A stretch of 64,000 bases of DNA from an uncultured Chloroflexia bacterium (GTDB taxonomy: Bacteria; Chloroflexota; Anaerolineae; CG2-30-64-16). The stretch covers positions 253,466-317,465 of the forward strand of contig CAWEMM010000010.1 of NCBI GenBank assembly GCA_963810095.1, read 5' to 3'. Below the pieces are notes generated by a model. That model saw nothing but the letters and a program-made list of their open reading frames with translations. It searched no databases and was not told the origin of the DNA. The position numbers were made by a program, and so were the translations under genes. Shown here in pieces: positions 39,443 to 50,312 of the stretch (position 1 is its first letter; each line of letters starts with the position of its first letter).

Positions 39443-42341
39443 TTAGGGCAGCTTGAGGCGCGTCGCCGGGTCGCCAAACAGCAGCTGTGTGTCGATGAGG
39501 TCGAGGGAGAAGCCGGTCTTGCCGAAATAGGCGAGCTTGGCCGCGTCGACGGCCAGGCCCCGCCCGGTCAATGCGCTGGGTGAAGATGGCATTGGCCAGG
39601 AGTTGGTCAAGCTCGACCAGGTCCGAGCCCACGTGCAGGCCGGTCGGCGCGAAGTCGACCAGGGACCCTTTCTTCGGCGTCAGAAGCGTGGTTTCGGCAA
39701 GCACCTGCTCGCTGTTGCCGTACTGCGGGCTGGCCTGCAGATTGATGAAGTAGCCGGTCCAGCAGCTGTAGTTCGCCGTGAACGGCCAGACGGAATTCTC
39801 GGCCAGCTTCGGCGGGTCGCTCAGCTCCCAGGGTTTGTCCTTGCCCCAGAATGTCCGCGAAGCATGTCCGAACCACTGCAGGTAGAGCGCGCCGCCGTCA
39901 AAGGCCGACTTGATTGCCGCCTTCATCTTCGCGGGCGTGTTGAGGTTCGCGGACGACTTGTCGTAGTAAATGGTCTGCGTCTGGTACAGCGGGGGCAAAG
40001 TGGTGCGCGTCGCGTCGCTGAGGGCATGGAAATGGTAGACAGGATCGTCTTTGGTGTCTGCGACGAAGACGGCGCGCTGCTGCCATGCACCCGGGGCCGC
40101 TCGGGTTTCGTACGCGAGGATCTTGTCCACCGCAGCCGTGACGTCCGCGGGAGTCTTGGCGGGGATGCGGCCGATCGCCATTTCGGGCAGGAAATCGGCG
40201 TCGCTGTCGACGCTAACAAACCGGTTGTCGGCGGCGGTCTCGCCAATCGTCGGGTCGATCGCCAGCAGGTACGGTGGGATGAGGTTGGGCAGGTCGGGGC
40301 GCACCGAGCCCTTGAAATCATAGTGCCCGTCGCCTACGAGCAGCACGTAGCGGGGCCGGTCGCCGCCCGCGTTCCAGCTGTGGTAAGCGTACGCGAGAAA
40401 TGCACGGATGGCTTCGGGATCGACGCGGCTGCCGCTGAATTCGTCATAGATGTCCTGGACGTCCACCTTTGCGACCCGCAGCCCCTCGGCCGCCCGGTGG
40501 TCGAGCAGCGGCTGCGCGGCATCCCACAGCGAGCGGTGCACGATCGCGATGTAATCCGCCGTATTGGCCGGCGAAGCGAGGGTCGAGGGGCTGTCCAACT
40601 GTAGGCTTGCAGGCGTAAGGAAGCCGGCTTCGGCCGCAAGATAGTAGCTCTCCGCGGCAGCCCCGGCGAACGTCACTGTGTATCGACCGGCGCCTCCGGT
40701 TTCCACCACCCCGGTGAGCAGGACCGGGTGCCGGGCATTGCCGACATCGTAGACTCGGATTCCCGGCGTGGTGAATCCCCCGACAGCTACGTCCTTCCCA
40801 CCAGCCCCCTGGAGCGCCGCAGCTTGCGTTTGCGGGGAGTTTTTCACCACGAGGGGCAAGTACAACCTGTGGGGAGTGACCGGTGCGGGTTCTTCGTCCA
40901 ATCCAATCACAGCTTCGACATAGCGCCGGTTATTCGACGCGTAAGCCTTGGCCGGGTAAACAATCTCCGCCCAATCGGGCGACACCCAGTAATAAGCGAT
41001 GCCGGGAAGCTGAGTCAGGCTCGCCTCAAGTGCCAACTGGTTGTCGCCGGCAACGAGGCCGGCAGCCGGGATTGTCTGCGTGACGATGTGCGTCACGCTC
41101 CCTTCCCACTGGTACGGTCCGAACGAGGTTCCGTTGAGGCGCAGGCGCAGCGATTGATCCGGCGTGCGGTCTGTCAAGTTCTGCCCCCCGTGTACGCCCA
41201 CCCGGATCTCCGCATCGCCGTCGGGCGAGGCATTTTCCAGCGTGAGGGTGTACGTCACTGCTGCTGTGGGTGCGCTTGCGTTCGGGTACAGCGGGTTATC
41301 GAAGAGGTGGTCCGCATCGCGGGCCAGGTCCGAATAGGTGCTGTAGTAGGAGCGGTCCTTCTCGACGCGCGCCCGCTGCCGGATGGTGGTGACGGGGGGC
41401 GCCGTCAGGGACGGCGTTCCGGTGCGGGAGGACACCCGCCCTCCCGCACCGCCCGACCACGTCAGCCGGTACACGTTCTGCTTCATATAGCGGCCTTCGT
41501 AAGGCTCGGCGTAAAACAGCACCGCATCCGAACCGTCGAATTTGCCATCCTCGCTTCCCGTCACTTCGATGTCCACCGGCTGACCCGCGTACCACATCGC
41601 CAGCTGATCCGGGCTCACACTCGCAACCGGCACGCCGGCCGCGCTCAGCGCCGCGCCGGTTAACCGGTACAGACCGCGTTCGCCCGTGCGGATCAGGAGG
41701 CCCGGCGCGCCGGCATTGCCCGGCGGGGCAGGTGCGATGATTGAGGCTGCGCCCGCAGGGCTGGCTTGACCCTGCGTGAAATGGATGCTGAACTCGATGC
41801 GCGGCCGGTAGTGAATTGCGCCCGTGACCGGGTTGTACTGAAACGGGTAGACCCGGATTGGGAGCAGGTGCTTCTCGCCGGCCGTGCCTTCGGGGCCGGC
41901 CTGCACCACCTGCGACGGGTACAGCCGGCTCGCGCCGTAGATCGCCCGGTCCGGGTCGTCCTCCAGCGCCAGCGCGTCTGCAATTGCCTCCGGGCTGAAC
42001 TCGCTGAGCGGCCCTTCGAGGTGCAGCTTCGTCACCGGCGCCGCAGGCAGTGGTGCGGGCGCAACCAGGATCTGCTCGTCCGCGCCCACCTCGATCACCG
42101 ACCAATCGGCGCCGGCCGGGACCTCGACGACCGTGGTCCAGACGGGGAGCTGCGGTGCGCCCGGGATATCGTTCGGGGCATAGCCGGGGACGCGCAGGCC
42201 TTGCGAGTCGAGCGTATATTGCGGTGTCTCTACCACGAAGCGGACGTCCGAATCCTGTCCTTGCGCTGCGACGCCACTTACGGGGAGAACCAATGAGGCG
42301 AGGACCAGGCAGAGCGAGCAGAAGTGCGAAAGGCGCGACAT
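39443..42341 (-). CDS. C25 (gingipain/PorU-like) cysteine peptidase; frameshift near 39560
   Basis: Signal peptide; DIYDEFS, YVLLVGDG, IGRIP, WFGHAS (His), YSCWTG (Cys); the true C-terminus LLFGDPATRLKLP* is in the next frame. Confidence 0.9.
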
Positions 42342-42560
42342 GAAGTACCTCTGGAAGCGGTTTGCGGGCAGCCGTACAAACACGGTGCTTCTGGTGCGCT
42401 ATCCCTGCCCGCGCGAGGCCGAGCGCTTGGGCGGAGCGCCGTCAGCGGCGCGGGCAGGGTCTTATGTGACGGGTGGGTCAGCAGCGCTATTTTAGCATGG
42501 CTGCCCCCGAAAGGGACAACAGACTCCCTACCTTGGGCGCTTTCAGAGGGGGCCAGCGGA

Positions 42561-42612
42561 GCATCCTGAGCGGAGGCGCCAGCGCAGCTGGCGTGCCGCA
42601 GTCGAAGGATGC
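42561..42612 (+). repeat. Single REP-like unit related to 8000-8112
   Basis: GCATCCTGAGCGGAGGCGCCAGCGCAGCTGGCG...GTCGAAGGA. Confidence 0.8.
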
Positions 42613-42662
42613 TTTCGCCCCCAAACTGAACGCACCCCCACCTTCAAGGTCTCCGGGCTTGC

Positions 42663-45600
42663 CTAGGGCTTCGCCGGTTTGAGGCTTCGCCGGCGGGCCA
42701 GCGCGGCCAGGGCGGCGCACCCGATGATGCCGGCAAAGCCGATTGCCCCGGGCGTCTCGGCCGGGCTGGCTGCCAGCTCGGTCAGGCCAAGGGCGTTAGG
42801 CGCCAGGACGCGCGTCTCCACACGGCCGAGTTCTGCCCGGCGGCCCGTCAGGTCGATCCCGACGAGGCGGTGCCAAACGACTCCTTCGGCAGGCCCCGCG
42901 TCGGCGTACTCATAGCTCGTGCCCGTGCCGGCTCCAGGGTTTGCAGCAGGAATGGGCGTCTCGTTCACCCGTTCCCACGGCCCGTCGGGCTTTGGTCCTC
43001 GCTGCAGATCGAAACCGGCAAGGTTTTGCTCGCCGGTGGTTTCCCAGGTCAGGAGGATGCGCCGCGCTTCGCTCCGCGAGACAAACGAGGACACGTCGAC
43101 AGCAAGCGGGACCGGGTCGAAGGTGTAGTCCTCCACTTCGCCGCCGTCCGCCCGGCCCGTGGGCCCGGGGCCGGCCGCCGGTGCGAGCGGTGATGCATCG
43201 CACGCGGCCGTCGCGGGGTCGGGAGCAGGGATGAGCCGGACGCGCATGTGGAGCGTGTTCGAGCCGGCCGCGCCGGCGGGCAGCGGGAACGTGACGAGCT
43301 GGTCCGGACCCGGCGCCAGCATCAGGCCGGTCAGCACGTTCTCGTCTTCATCCCAATCGCTGTCCGGCCCGTCTGCCACCCCCTCCGCGCCGCCGCCAAA
43401 GTCGAGCCAACCGTACAGGCACGCGAACTGCGCGGCAGGACCGTCGACGCTGACGACCAGCTCCCCCTGCCCGTCGTTCCAGCTTTCGCCCCCGCGCGCC
43501 ACGCCGTCGTCTTCGCCGCCCCACGCCGCGCCCAGCCGCCAGACGCCCTGCCCCGTGTGCCACGCCGTGCCATAGCTCCCGCCCAGATCGCCCTGATCGG
43601 GCAGGAGTTGGAGGTCGACCACAAAGGGGTTCTGGTCCGAAGAGCGGAACGCGTCGGCCGCATAGAGGCTGCTCTGCTGCGCGGCGGACTTGTTTTCGAG
43701 CTGGTAGTCGAGCGCGCTGGGTTCCTCGGCGTTGATGCTCCAGACGGCGGCGCCGGCGACCTGGGGCGCGAGCGGCGGCGAGGCGAGCGCATGACCCGTA
43801 TAGCCCGCACGCCCGGCGCTCAGTGCGGTGATTGCGGCGGGTCCGACAAAATCGTCGACGACGTCGACATACCCCTCGCCGGTGAGCAGCCGGACCGGCT
43901 CGTCTTGGGCAAGTGCGTTCAGCTCGCCGACAACCAGCACGTCCGGGTCGCCGCTGCCCGTCGGATCAGTGTCCAGCCACGCCTGCAGGTCTTGCGCGGC
44001 CGCGGTGCGGGCCGCGTTCCAGCAGCCCTGGCCGTCGGCTGCATCCGCATCCGTGCCGCTGACAGGGCAAGACCCCCGGTCGTGCCACTCGTTCACGACA
44101 AGCGTGAACCGCTCGCCCCACGTCGCCTCCTCGAAGGTCTGTGCCATGGGGGCACGATGGACGGGCGGGGCCGGTGCCTGGTCGAAAGCCCCCTGGTCGA
44201 GCATCGCGGGCAGTCCGACCGGCGCGAGGCTTGAAACCCGATACACGATCGCCACCCTCACCGTGTCGCTGCCCCAGCCCGCCGTCCCTGGATCGACGAA
44301 CGCAAATGTGCCGGGCGTTGCGGTCGCGTTCAAGCCAGCGACGAGATCTGCGAGCGCGCTGTCCGCCGCAAACCCATCGTTCTCGAGCTTGCTCACCGCG
44401 ATCACGTCCGCGTCGAGGCCGGTCAGCGCCTGTATCAGCTTGTCTCGTTGGCGCGCAAACTCCGCGGCGCTGCTCGCACCGCGCGGGCCACCCGTCCCGC
44501 TGCTCACGTTGAAATAGTCGTTCAGGCTGAGGAATGCAATCCGCACGTTGCCGGCCGTGCGGGCCGGCGCGGCCGTGCGAGGGTTCTGTGGTGCGATAAC
44601 GACCTCCCCGACCGGCTGGATCACGCCGGGTCCGCCGCGCCCGTCGACAATGCCGGTGAGACCCGCGTTGACCTCGTCGCCGGCACGCACCGTGTTCGAT
44701 GCGGAGAGTTCGGGCGGGGGAAAGCGGATGGGATCCGGTTGCTTCACTTGGCTGCCGTCGTCGAGGATGATGCTCTGCAGATCGGCTTCGCGCTCCCACG
44801 CCGCGTAGCCCTCGACATCGGGCACGTTTGCTTGGGTGTATTCGAACGGGACGCCGCCGCGGGTGAGGGTGAGCCGGCCGTCGCTCGCCAGTTCCGCGCT
44901 ATCGGCGACCGTCAGCGCGTCGCCAAACCGCACGAGCATCCCCTCGTACTGTTCCCATTCTTCGGCCGAGGCCAGCGGCAGCGTGATCTCAAGTGGCTCG
45001 GGCGGTTCGACCGGAGCGCAGGTAAGCGTGCGGGAGACACCGCTGAGCGCCGTCATGCCATCAACTTCGCCGGCCGTTCCGGTCACCCGCACCCGGCTCC
45101 CCGCGGCAACTTCGGCCGGGGTTCCCGTTCGCTCGTCGACAAAGATGCCTTCGGAGGTTTGTGCATCGCCGTCCGCGTCGGCGTCCTCCTCCTGCAGAAA
45201 GTACCCCGAGAGCCCATTCGCACCCTGGAAGTCTCCCGTGACGACGCCCTCCACCGTGCGCAACTGGCCCGCGGCCGGGCTGCTCGGGCCCGCACCTTGG
45301 ATGCCGTGAACCGGGTAGGCGGGATCGCCGCATTGGCCGGCTACCGTGCGGAAATCGAACATGTAATCCGCAGTCATGCCGTCCGGCGGGTCGATCGCAT
45401 CGGCGTCGCGCACGCCAGCGGCGGAGATCGTCATGTGGCAGGCCTCGTCGGCAAAGAAGTCCGCGGTGGGGTCGATCGTGTAACTTGCAAGCTCCCCGCT
45501 GACCGCAGCCGAGCCCGGGCCGCGCGGCCCGCTCAGGTCACACCGGATTTCGAACCAGTCGGGACCCAGCGTGACGGGCTCGCTGAAGTCGACTTTGATC

Positions 45601-46346
45601 ACCGCGTTGCGCGCAACGCCGGTCGCGCCGCGTTTCGGCGAAGTACTCCAGACCACGGGCCCGGCTTCGGGGCAGGGGTGCGGCTGCGACTTGGTGTTGC
45701 GGGGCGCGACGGAGCCAGACAGGGCGAAATCGGCCCGGTTGTCGTCTGTGTCGTTGCAGCCCTCTTCGCCGCGCCTGGCCGATTCTTTCGAGGTCAGCGT
45801 CGGCGTGCCCTTGCTCCCTTCGTACTCGCTGGCGTTGTCGCCGTAGCCGACGAAGTCGACGACGGCGGGGTCGTTCACGCCGGTGATTTGCGCAGTGCCG
45901 CTGACGAGCGCCACCTTTCCCTCTGTGGAGTTCATCGCGATGGAACCCTTGACGTCGTATACGGCCGGTGGAGTCCCATTGCAGGCCTCGAGCACATGGA
46001 AATAGCCGTATCCGGCAATCGTCAGGTTGCCGAGCGGCGTGGAGAACCATCTCGCTCCTGCGATTGCGGCCGCATACTGCACTGACCATCCCGCGAGCGA
46101 CACCGGCTGGCCCGTGGCGTTGAACAACTCGACGAAATCGCAAGGATACGCAGGGGCGACCGCACCGCCGCCAAACACCTGGCTGATGCGGACGGCCTGC
46201 GCCTCGATCGCAGCAGGCGCGGAGGGATTAGGCGGGAGATGGGTGACAACAACAGGCGGGACGACTTCGGTAGGGGGCGGCAGGAACTGTGCCACCGGAA
46301 GGACGACTGCGAACAACACTCCGAGGATGACCGCGCGGGTTGACAT
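42663..46346 (-). CDS. ExeM/NucH-like extracellular EEP nuclease homolog (LTD, Ig-like, OB, EEP, GEVED, C-terminal TM), catalytically degenerate
   Basis: ISQVFGGG/DFVELFN, IQGAG...VEGVVTGDFQ, EQYEGMLV, RQRDK, DGQGCWN, GEVEDY; active-site motifs altered. Confidence 0.88.
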   Translation of the reverse strand: MSTRAVILGVLFAVVLPVAQFLPPPTEVVPPVVVTHLPPNPSAPAAIEAQAVRISQVFGGGAVAPAYPCDFVELFNATGQPVSLAGWSVQYAAAIAGARWFSTPLGNLTIAGYGYFHVLEACNGTPPAVYDVKGSIAMNSTEGKVALVSGTAQITGVNDPAVVDFVGYGDNASEYEGSKGTPTLTSKESARRGEEGCNDTDDNRADFALSGSVAPRNTKSQPHPCPEAGPVVWSTSPKRGATGVARNAVIKVDFSEPVTLGPDWFEIRCDLSGPRGPGSAAVSGELASYTIDPTADFFADEACHMTISAAGVRDADAIDPPDGMTADYMFDFRTVAGQCGDPAYPVHGIQGAGPSSPAAGQLRTVEGVVTGDFQGANGLSGYFLQEEDADADGDAQTSEGIFVDERTGTPAEVAAGSRVRVTGTAGEVDGMTALSGVSRTLTCAPVEPPEPLEITLPLASAEEWEQYEGMLVRFGDALTVADSAELASDGRLTLTRGGVPFEYTQANVPDVEGYAAWEREADLQSIILDDGSQVKQPDPIRFPPPELSASNTVRAGDEVNAGLTGIVDGRGGPGVIQPVGEVVIAPQNPRTAAPARTAGNVRIAFLSLNDYFNVSSGTGGPRGASSAAEFARQRDKLIQALTGLDADVIAVSKLENDGFAADSALADLVAGLNATATPGTFAFVDPGTAGWGSDTVRVAIVYRVSSLAPVGLPAMLDQGAFDQAPAPPVHRAPMAQTFEEATWGERFTLVVNEWHDRGSCPVSGTDADAADGQGCWNAARTAAAQDLQAWLDTDPTGSGDPDVLVVGELNALAQDEPVRLLTGEGYVDVVDDFVGPAAITALSAGRAGYTGHALASPPLAPQVAGAAVWSINAEEPSALDYQLENKSAAQQSSLYAADAFRSSDQNPFVVDLQLLPDQGDLGGSYGTAWHTGQGVWRLGAAWGGEDDGVARGGESWNDGQGELVVSVDGPAAQFACLYGWLDFGGGAEGVADGPDSDWDEDENVLTGLMLAPGPDQLVTFPLPAGAAGSNTLHMRVRLIPAPDPATAACDASPLAPAAGPGPTGRADGGEVEDYTFDPVPLAVDVSSFVSRSEARRILLTWETTGEQNLAGFDLQRGPKPDGPWERVNETPIPAANPGAGTGTSYEYADAGPAEGVVWHRLVGIDLTGRRAELGRVETRVLAPNALGLTELAASPAETPGAIGFAGIIGCAALAALARRRSLKPAKP

Positions 46347-46453
46347 AGTTGCTCCTTTGGCGTCCATGACAAAGCAGCGAAGCAAGACAACGCGCTGATT
46401 CTACATCCTTTTTTGGCTTTCGGCGCGACGAGATTCTCAGAAGTTTGCGTTGC

Positions 46454-47501
46454 TTAGCGGATGAAAGCTGCCAGTCTTTCTGGTTGATCTTGCCAGTCAG
46501 GCCAAGTTTCCATCGCGGCAGTAATGGCGGAGAGGATAGAGGTGTAGGCCGCATTGACCGGTGTCGGAATGCGGGTGGCGGCGCCGGAGCTTGCAACTGC
46601 GCCGTTGAGCCAGAGAACTTCCGAGCGCTTGCCCGACGCAAGCGCAACGTGCAGTGAGGGCATTTTCGCGCCACGGCCCCCGGCGACCGTCCGGGCCATG
46701 CCGCGCGCCAGCCAGCCGGCCGGCAGGTGGGGCACGAGCGGCGCGAGGGATGCGAGGGGATAGTGGGCGAAGTTGATGGGCTTGATCCGCAGCGCGGCCA
46801 TCACCCGGAACGCTTCTTGCCACGCCTGGGCTTCGAGCCGTGCAGTGAGCGGATGGGCCATGATCTGGGCGGGCGTCCAGTTCAGAATCGCGGCAGGCCG
46901 CGTTCGCAGGCAGGTTCAGGAGCAGCTTCGACCACTTCAGGCGCCGGTAGTCGTCGTAGAGCTCGACCTCAAGCCCACCGCGCTTCAGTAGCTCGGCAAC
47001 GTGCCCAGCCAGCGCGGGCGAATTGACCGGCGCGATCCCCGTTCCATATCGCGAGCGGTGGGCCGTAATCGAGCCGGGGGCCGTGATGGACAGCGGCGTT
47101 TCGATTGCACCCGCAACAACCCGCTGGGGACCCAGGGCCGCCGCGAGCGTTTCCTCGTTGCCGGCGCCGTTTTGCAGCGACAGCACGGGCGGCGGCGTCG
47201 AGGTTGCTGCCGCCAACTCGGCGACGACCGGTTGGGTATCGTATGCTTTGGCCGTCAGAATCGCGAGGTCGTACTGACCGGCCTCGAACGCCTGGGCCAG
47301 CGTCGTGAATGCGGGCAGCACACCGGTCGTCCGGATGCCTTCAGGCTCGCTGAGACGAAGCCCACCGGAACGGACCGCCTCGACCAGCGGCCCGCGACCG
47401 ACCAGGCTGACCGCAACACCGGCCAGCGCCAGCCGGGCGCCGACAAAGCAGCCGACCGCGCCGGCGCCAACGATCAGAACCCGAGCATCAGCCCAGGCCA
47501 T
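46454..47501 (-). CDS. panE: 2-dehydropantoate 2-reductase family (PanE/ApbA); frameshift near 46895
   Basis: GAGAVG, KAYDT, LQNG, WSKLLLN, KMPSL, SEVLWLNGAV, TPVN. Confidence 0.85.
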
Positions 47502-48759
47502 ACGCCTCGGCGAGCACCTGGATCGTGTGGACGACGCGCAGCCCCGAGCTGGCTGCAATGTTCCAGCGGCACGTCTCGTTGTCGCAGATGGCCGTGGACG
47601 CGCCGGAGGCTTTCAGCTTATCGAACAGCGGCTGGCCCACCGCCTGGCTGATATCGTACTTCTCGTGCTTATAGCCGTAGGTGCCTGTGATGCCGCAGCA
47701 GTCGATGCCCTGCTCTTCGACGGTCAGGCCGGGAATCAGGCCAAGCAGATCGAGTGCGGGGCGGCCGATCCGGTGCAGCTTCTGGTGGCACGACGTGTGG
47801 TAGGGCATGCTGCGGCCTCCCATGTGATGGAAGTCCGTCATGAGCCGGCCATCTTCGTGCAGCAGCCAGAGGAATTCGTTGATGTCGTAGACGTGCTCGG
47901 CCAGCGCCTTCGCCTCGGGCGTGTGGAGGCCCAGCAGTTCCCGGTAATCCGACTTGAGCTCGAGCCCGCAGCTCGTCCCACCGACCACCATGGGGATATC
48001 CTGCTCGACCACCGGCGCCAGCTTCTTCAGGTTTGCAAGCGCATAGCGCCGGGCGCCGTCAAAGTCGCCGTTCGACTGCATCGGCAGGCCGCAGCAGTTT
48101 TGATCGGGGAGCACCACTTCGAAGCCGTTGTGTTCGAGCACGGCGACAATCGCCTTGCCGACCTCGTGCTCGTAGTGGTTGGTGGCGCAGCCGTAGAAGT
48201 AGGCGACCTTGGGCGCACCCGCGGGCGTGGGCGCCTTCTCGCGTTGGTGCTCGCCGAAGAACCAATCCCGGAACTTGCGGAAGTGGAATTTCGGGAAGGG
48301 CGCCCGGTGGTCAATCCCCAGCGTCTTCTCCATCGCCCAGCGGGCAGGCGCCATTCCCATTACCACGTTTGCCAGGGGCGCGACGAGCCCGCCCAGCTGG
48401 CCGAGCGCCTCGTTGCGGCCCAGCAGCCAGTTCCGCACCAGTTTCGGATCGACCGGGTTCTGCTGCAGGTTGCGCTTGCGGAGCTCGGCTTTAGCCGCAG
48501 TGTTGATTTCCATCACCTGAACGCCGTGGGGGCACACCAGCGTACATATGCCGCAGCCCGAGCAGTAGTCCAGGGAGTGGTCGGGCGACGGCGAGCCGGG
48601 ATCGCGGAAACGCTGCGCCTGCGGGCCGACATACTTTGGCCCGGGGAACAGGTCCGTCACCGGTACGACGGGGCACGCGCTCGTGCAGATGTTGCACTTC
48701 ACGCACAGGTCGGCCGTGCGCTTGATGTCTTCAAGCAATGCAGGAGTGAATTCGCTCAT
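47488..48759 (-). CDS. glpC: Anaerobic glycerol-3-phosphate dehydrogenase subunit C
   Basis: CVKCNICTSACP, FPGPK..GP, CSGCGICTLVCP, two CCG domains, GTYGYKHE. Confidence 0.93.
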   Translation of the reverse strand: MSEFTPALLEDIKRTADLCVKCNICTSACPVVPVTDLFPGPKYVGPQAQRFRDPGSPSPDHSLDYCSGCGICTLVCPHGVQVMEINTAAKAELRKRNLQQNPVDPKLVRNWLLGRNEALGQLGGLVAPLANVVMGMAPARWAMEKTLGIDHRAPFPKFHFRKFRDWFFGEHQREKAPTPAGAPKVAYFYGCATNHYEHEVGKAIVAVLEHNGFEVVLPDQNCCGLPMQSNGDFDGARRYALANLKKLAPVVEQDIPMVVGGTSCGLELKSDYRELLGLHTPEAKALAEHVYDINEFLWLLHEDGRLMTDFHHMGGRSMPYHTSCHQKLHRIGRPALDLLGLIPGLTVEEQGIDCCGITGTYGYKHEKYDISQAVGQPLFDKLKASGASTAICDNETCRWNIAASSGLRVVHTIQVLAEAYGLG

Positions 48760-48770
48760 TAAAATTCTCT

Positions 48771-48839
48771 CAACAAAGACACCAAGACACCCAGCTCGAA
48801 AAGGGTCACTGTGTCTCTGTGTCTCTGTGTCTTTGTATT
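48771..48839. repeat. Periodic palindromic intergenic repeat
   Basis: ACAAAGACACCAAGACAC ... GTGTCTCTGTGTCTCTGTGTCTTTGT. Confidence 0.7.
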
Positions 48840-50289
48840 AGATCACTTCCACGTCGTGGGGGTGGCTTTCGACGATACCGGCCTGCGTGATCTGGATAAA
48901 CTCCGCATTTTGCTGGAGCTCTTCGATGCTGGTCGCACCCGCGTAGCTCAGCGCGGAGCGGAGGCCGCCCACCAGTTGGTGCAGCAGGTCGTCGACCGAG
49001 CCGCGGTACGGCACGGCCGCTTCCACACCCTCGGCCACCACCCGCGACCACGAAGGATCGTCCCCGTCGCCTTCGCCCACATTCTTCCGGTCGGGCCGGT
49101 CGATGGTCGCGCCCAGAGAAGCCATGCCGCGGCTCACCTTGGTGCGGCGGTTGTTCCGCAAGATGACGACGCCGGGGCTCTCGTCCGTTCCGGCCAGCAG
49201 GCTGCCGATCATGACGGTCTGCGCGCCCGCCGCCAGGGCCTTGGCGACGTCGCCCGACGTGCGTATGCCCCCATCCGCAATGATGGGGATGCCGAACGGC
49301 GCAGCGGCCTCGGCGCACTCGGCAACGGCGGTCAGTTGCGGCACGCCGAAGCCGGTCACGATCCGCGTGATGCAAATCGAGCCGGGGCCAACACCCACTT
49401 TGATCGCATCGGCGCCGGCTTCGATCAGGTCGATCGTGCCCTCGGCGCTGGCCACGTTCCCTGCGATAATCTCCACCGCGCCGAACTCGCGTCTCAGTTC
49501 GCCCACCGCGCTGATGGCATTGTCCGAATGGCCGTGCGCGATGTCTACCACCAGCACGTCCGCGCCTGCTTCGAGCAGCAGTTCTGCCCGCTCGAGGAAA
49601 CCCGCCTGGACGCCGACCGCCGCGCCGACCCGCAGCCGGCCCTTCTCGTCCTTCGTGGAGTGGGGATGTTCGAGTGAGCGGACGATATCTTTCGTCGTGA
49701 TCAACCCGGCGAGGCGCCCATCGGGATGAACCAGGGGCAGCTTCTCCAGCCGGTGCTGGTGCAGGATGCGCCGGGCTTCCTCGAGGCTCGTGCCGGCCGG
49801 CGCCGTCACCAGCCGCGAGACCGGGGTCATCGCCTCGCACACATCTGTGTCGTCTGGGGTGAACTCGACGTCGCGATTGGTCAAGATGCCGACGGGCATC
49901 GCCGCCTCGTCGACGACCATCAGGCCGCCGATGCCGTACCGCTCCATCACCCGCCGCGCCTCCCTGCAGGTGGCTCCGCAAGCGACCGTGCGCGGCGATT
50001 CGACGATGTGGCTTTCGGCCCGCTTCGCCTTGCGGACCTCCTCGGCCTGGCGCTCGGCCGACATGAAGCGGTGGATGATACCGATGCCGCCTGCGCGGGC
50101 CATCGCGACGGCCATGCGGCCCTCGGTCACGGTGTCCATGTTGGCGCTGACGATGGGGATATCCATGCGCAGGTGGCGCGTGAGCATCGTGGCCGTGTTC
50201 ACATCCCCGCGCGAGCGGATGGGCGAGCGTTTCGGCACGAGCAACACATCGTCGAACGTTAGCCCGGGAGTGGGACGCAGCTTGATCAT
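48838..50289 (-). CDS. guaB: IMP dehydrogenase / GMP reductase family protein with CBS pair
   Basis: [30 protein letters not shown] (catalytic Cys), IADGGI, RGMAS, EGVE; CAGGAGG SD. Confidence 0.88.
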   Translation of the reverse strand: MIKLRPTPGLTFDDVLLVPKRSPIRSRGDVNTATMLTRHLRMDIPIVSANMDTVTEGRMAVAMARAGGIGIIHRFMSAERQAEEVRKAKRAESHIVESPRTVACGATCREARRVMERYGIGGLMVVDEAAMPVGILTNRDVEFTPDDTDVCEAMTPVSRLVTAPAGTSLEEARRILHQHRLEKLPLVHPDGRLAGLITTKDIVRSLEHPHSTKDEKGRLRVGAAVGVQAGFLERAELLLEAGADVLVVDIAHGHSDNAISAVGELRREFGAVEIIAGNVASAEGTIDLIEAGADAIKVGVGPGSICITRIVTGFGVPQLTAVAECAEAAAPFGIPIIADGGIRTSGDVAKALAAGAQTVMIGSLLAGTDESPGVVILRNNRRTKVSRGMASLGATIDRPDRKNVGEGDGDDPSWSRVVAEGVEAAVPYRGSVDDLLHQLVGGLRSALSYAGATSIEELQQNAEFIQITQAGIVESHPHDVEVI

Positions 50290-50312
50290 CTCAACCTCCT
50301 GCAAGACCGGTG

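Noticed and set aside
38991-39443. Apparent overlap of the C25 ORF with the PA14/LTD gene
   Set aside because: Caused by the frameshift near 39560; the real C25 end (LFGDP...LP*) stops at 39443, before a hairpin
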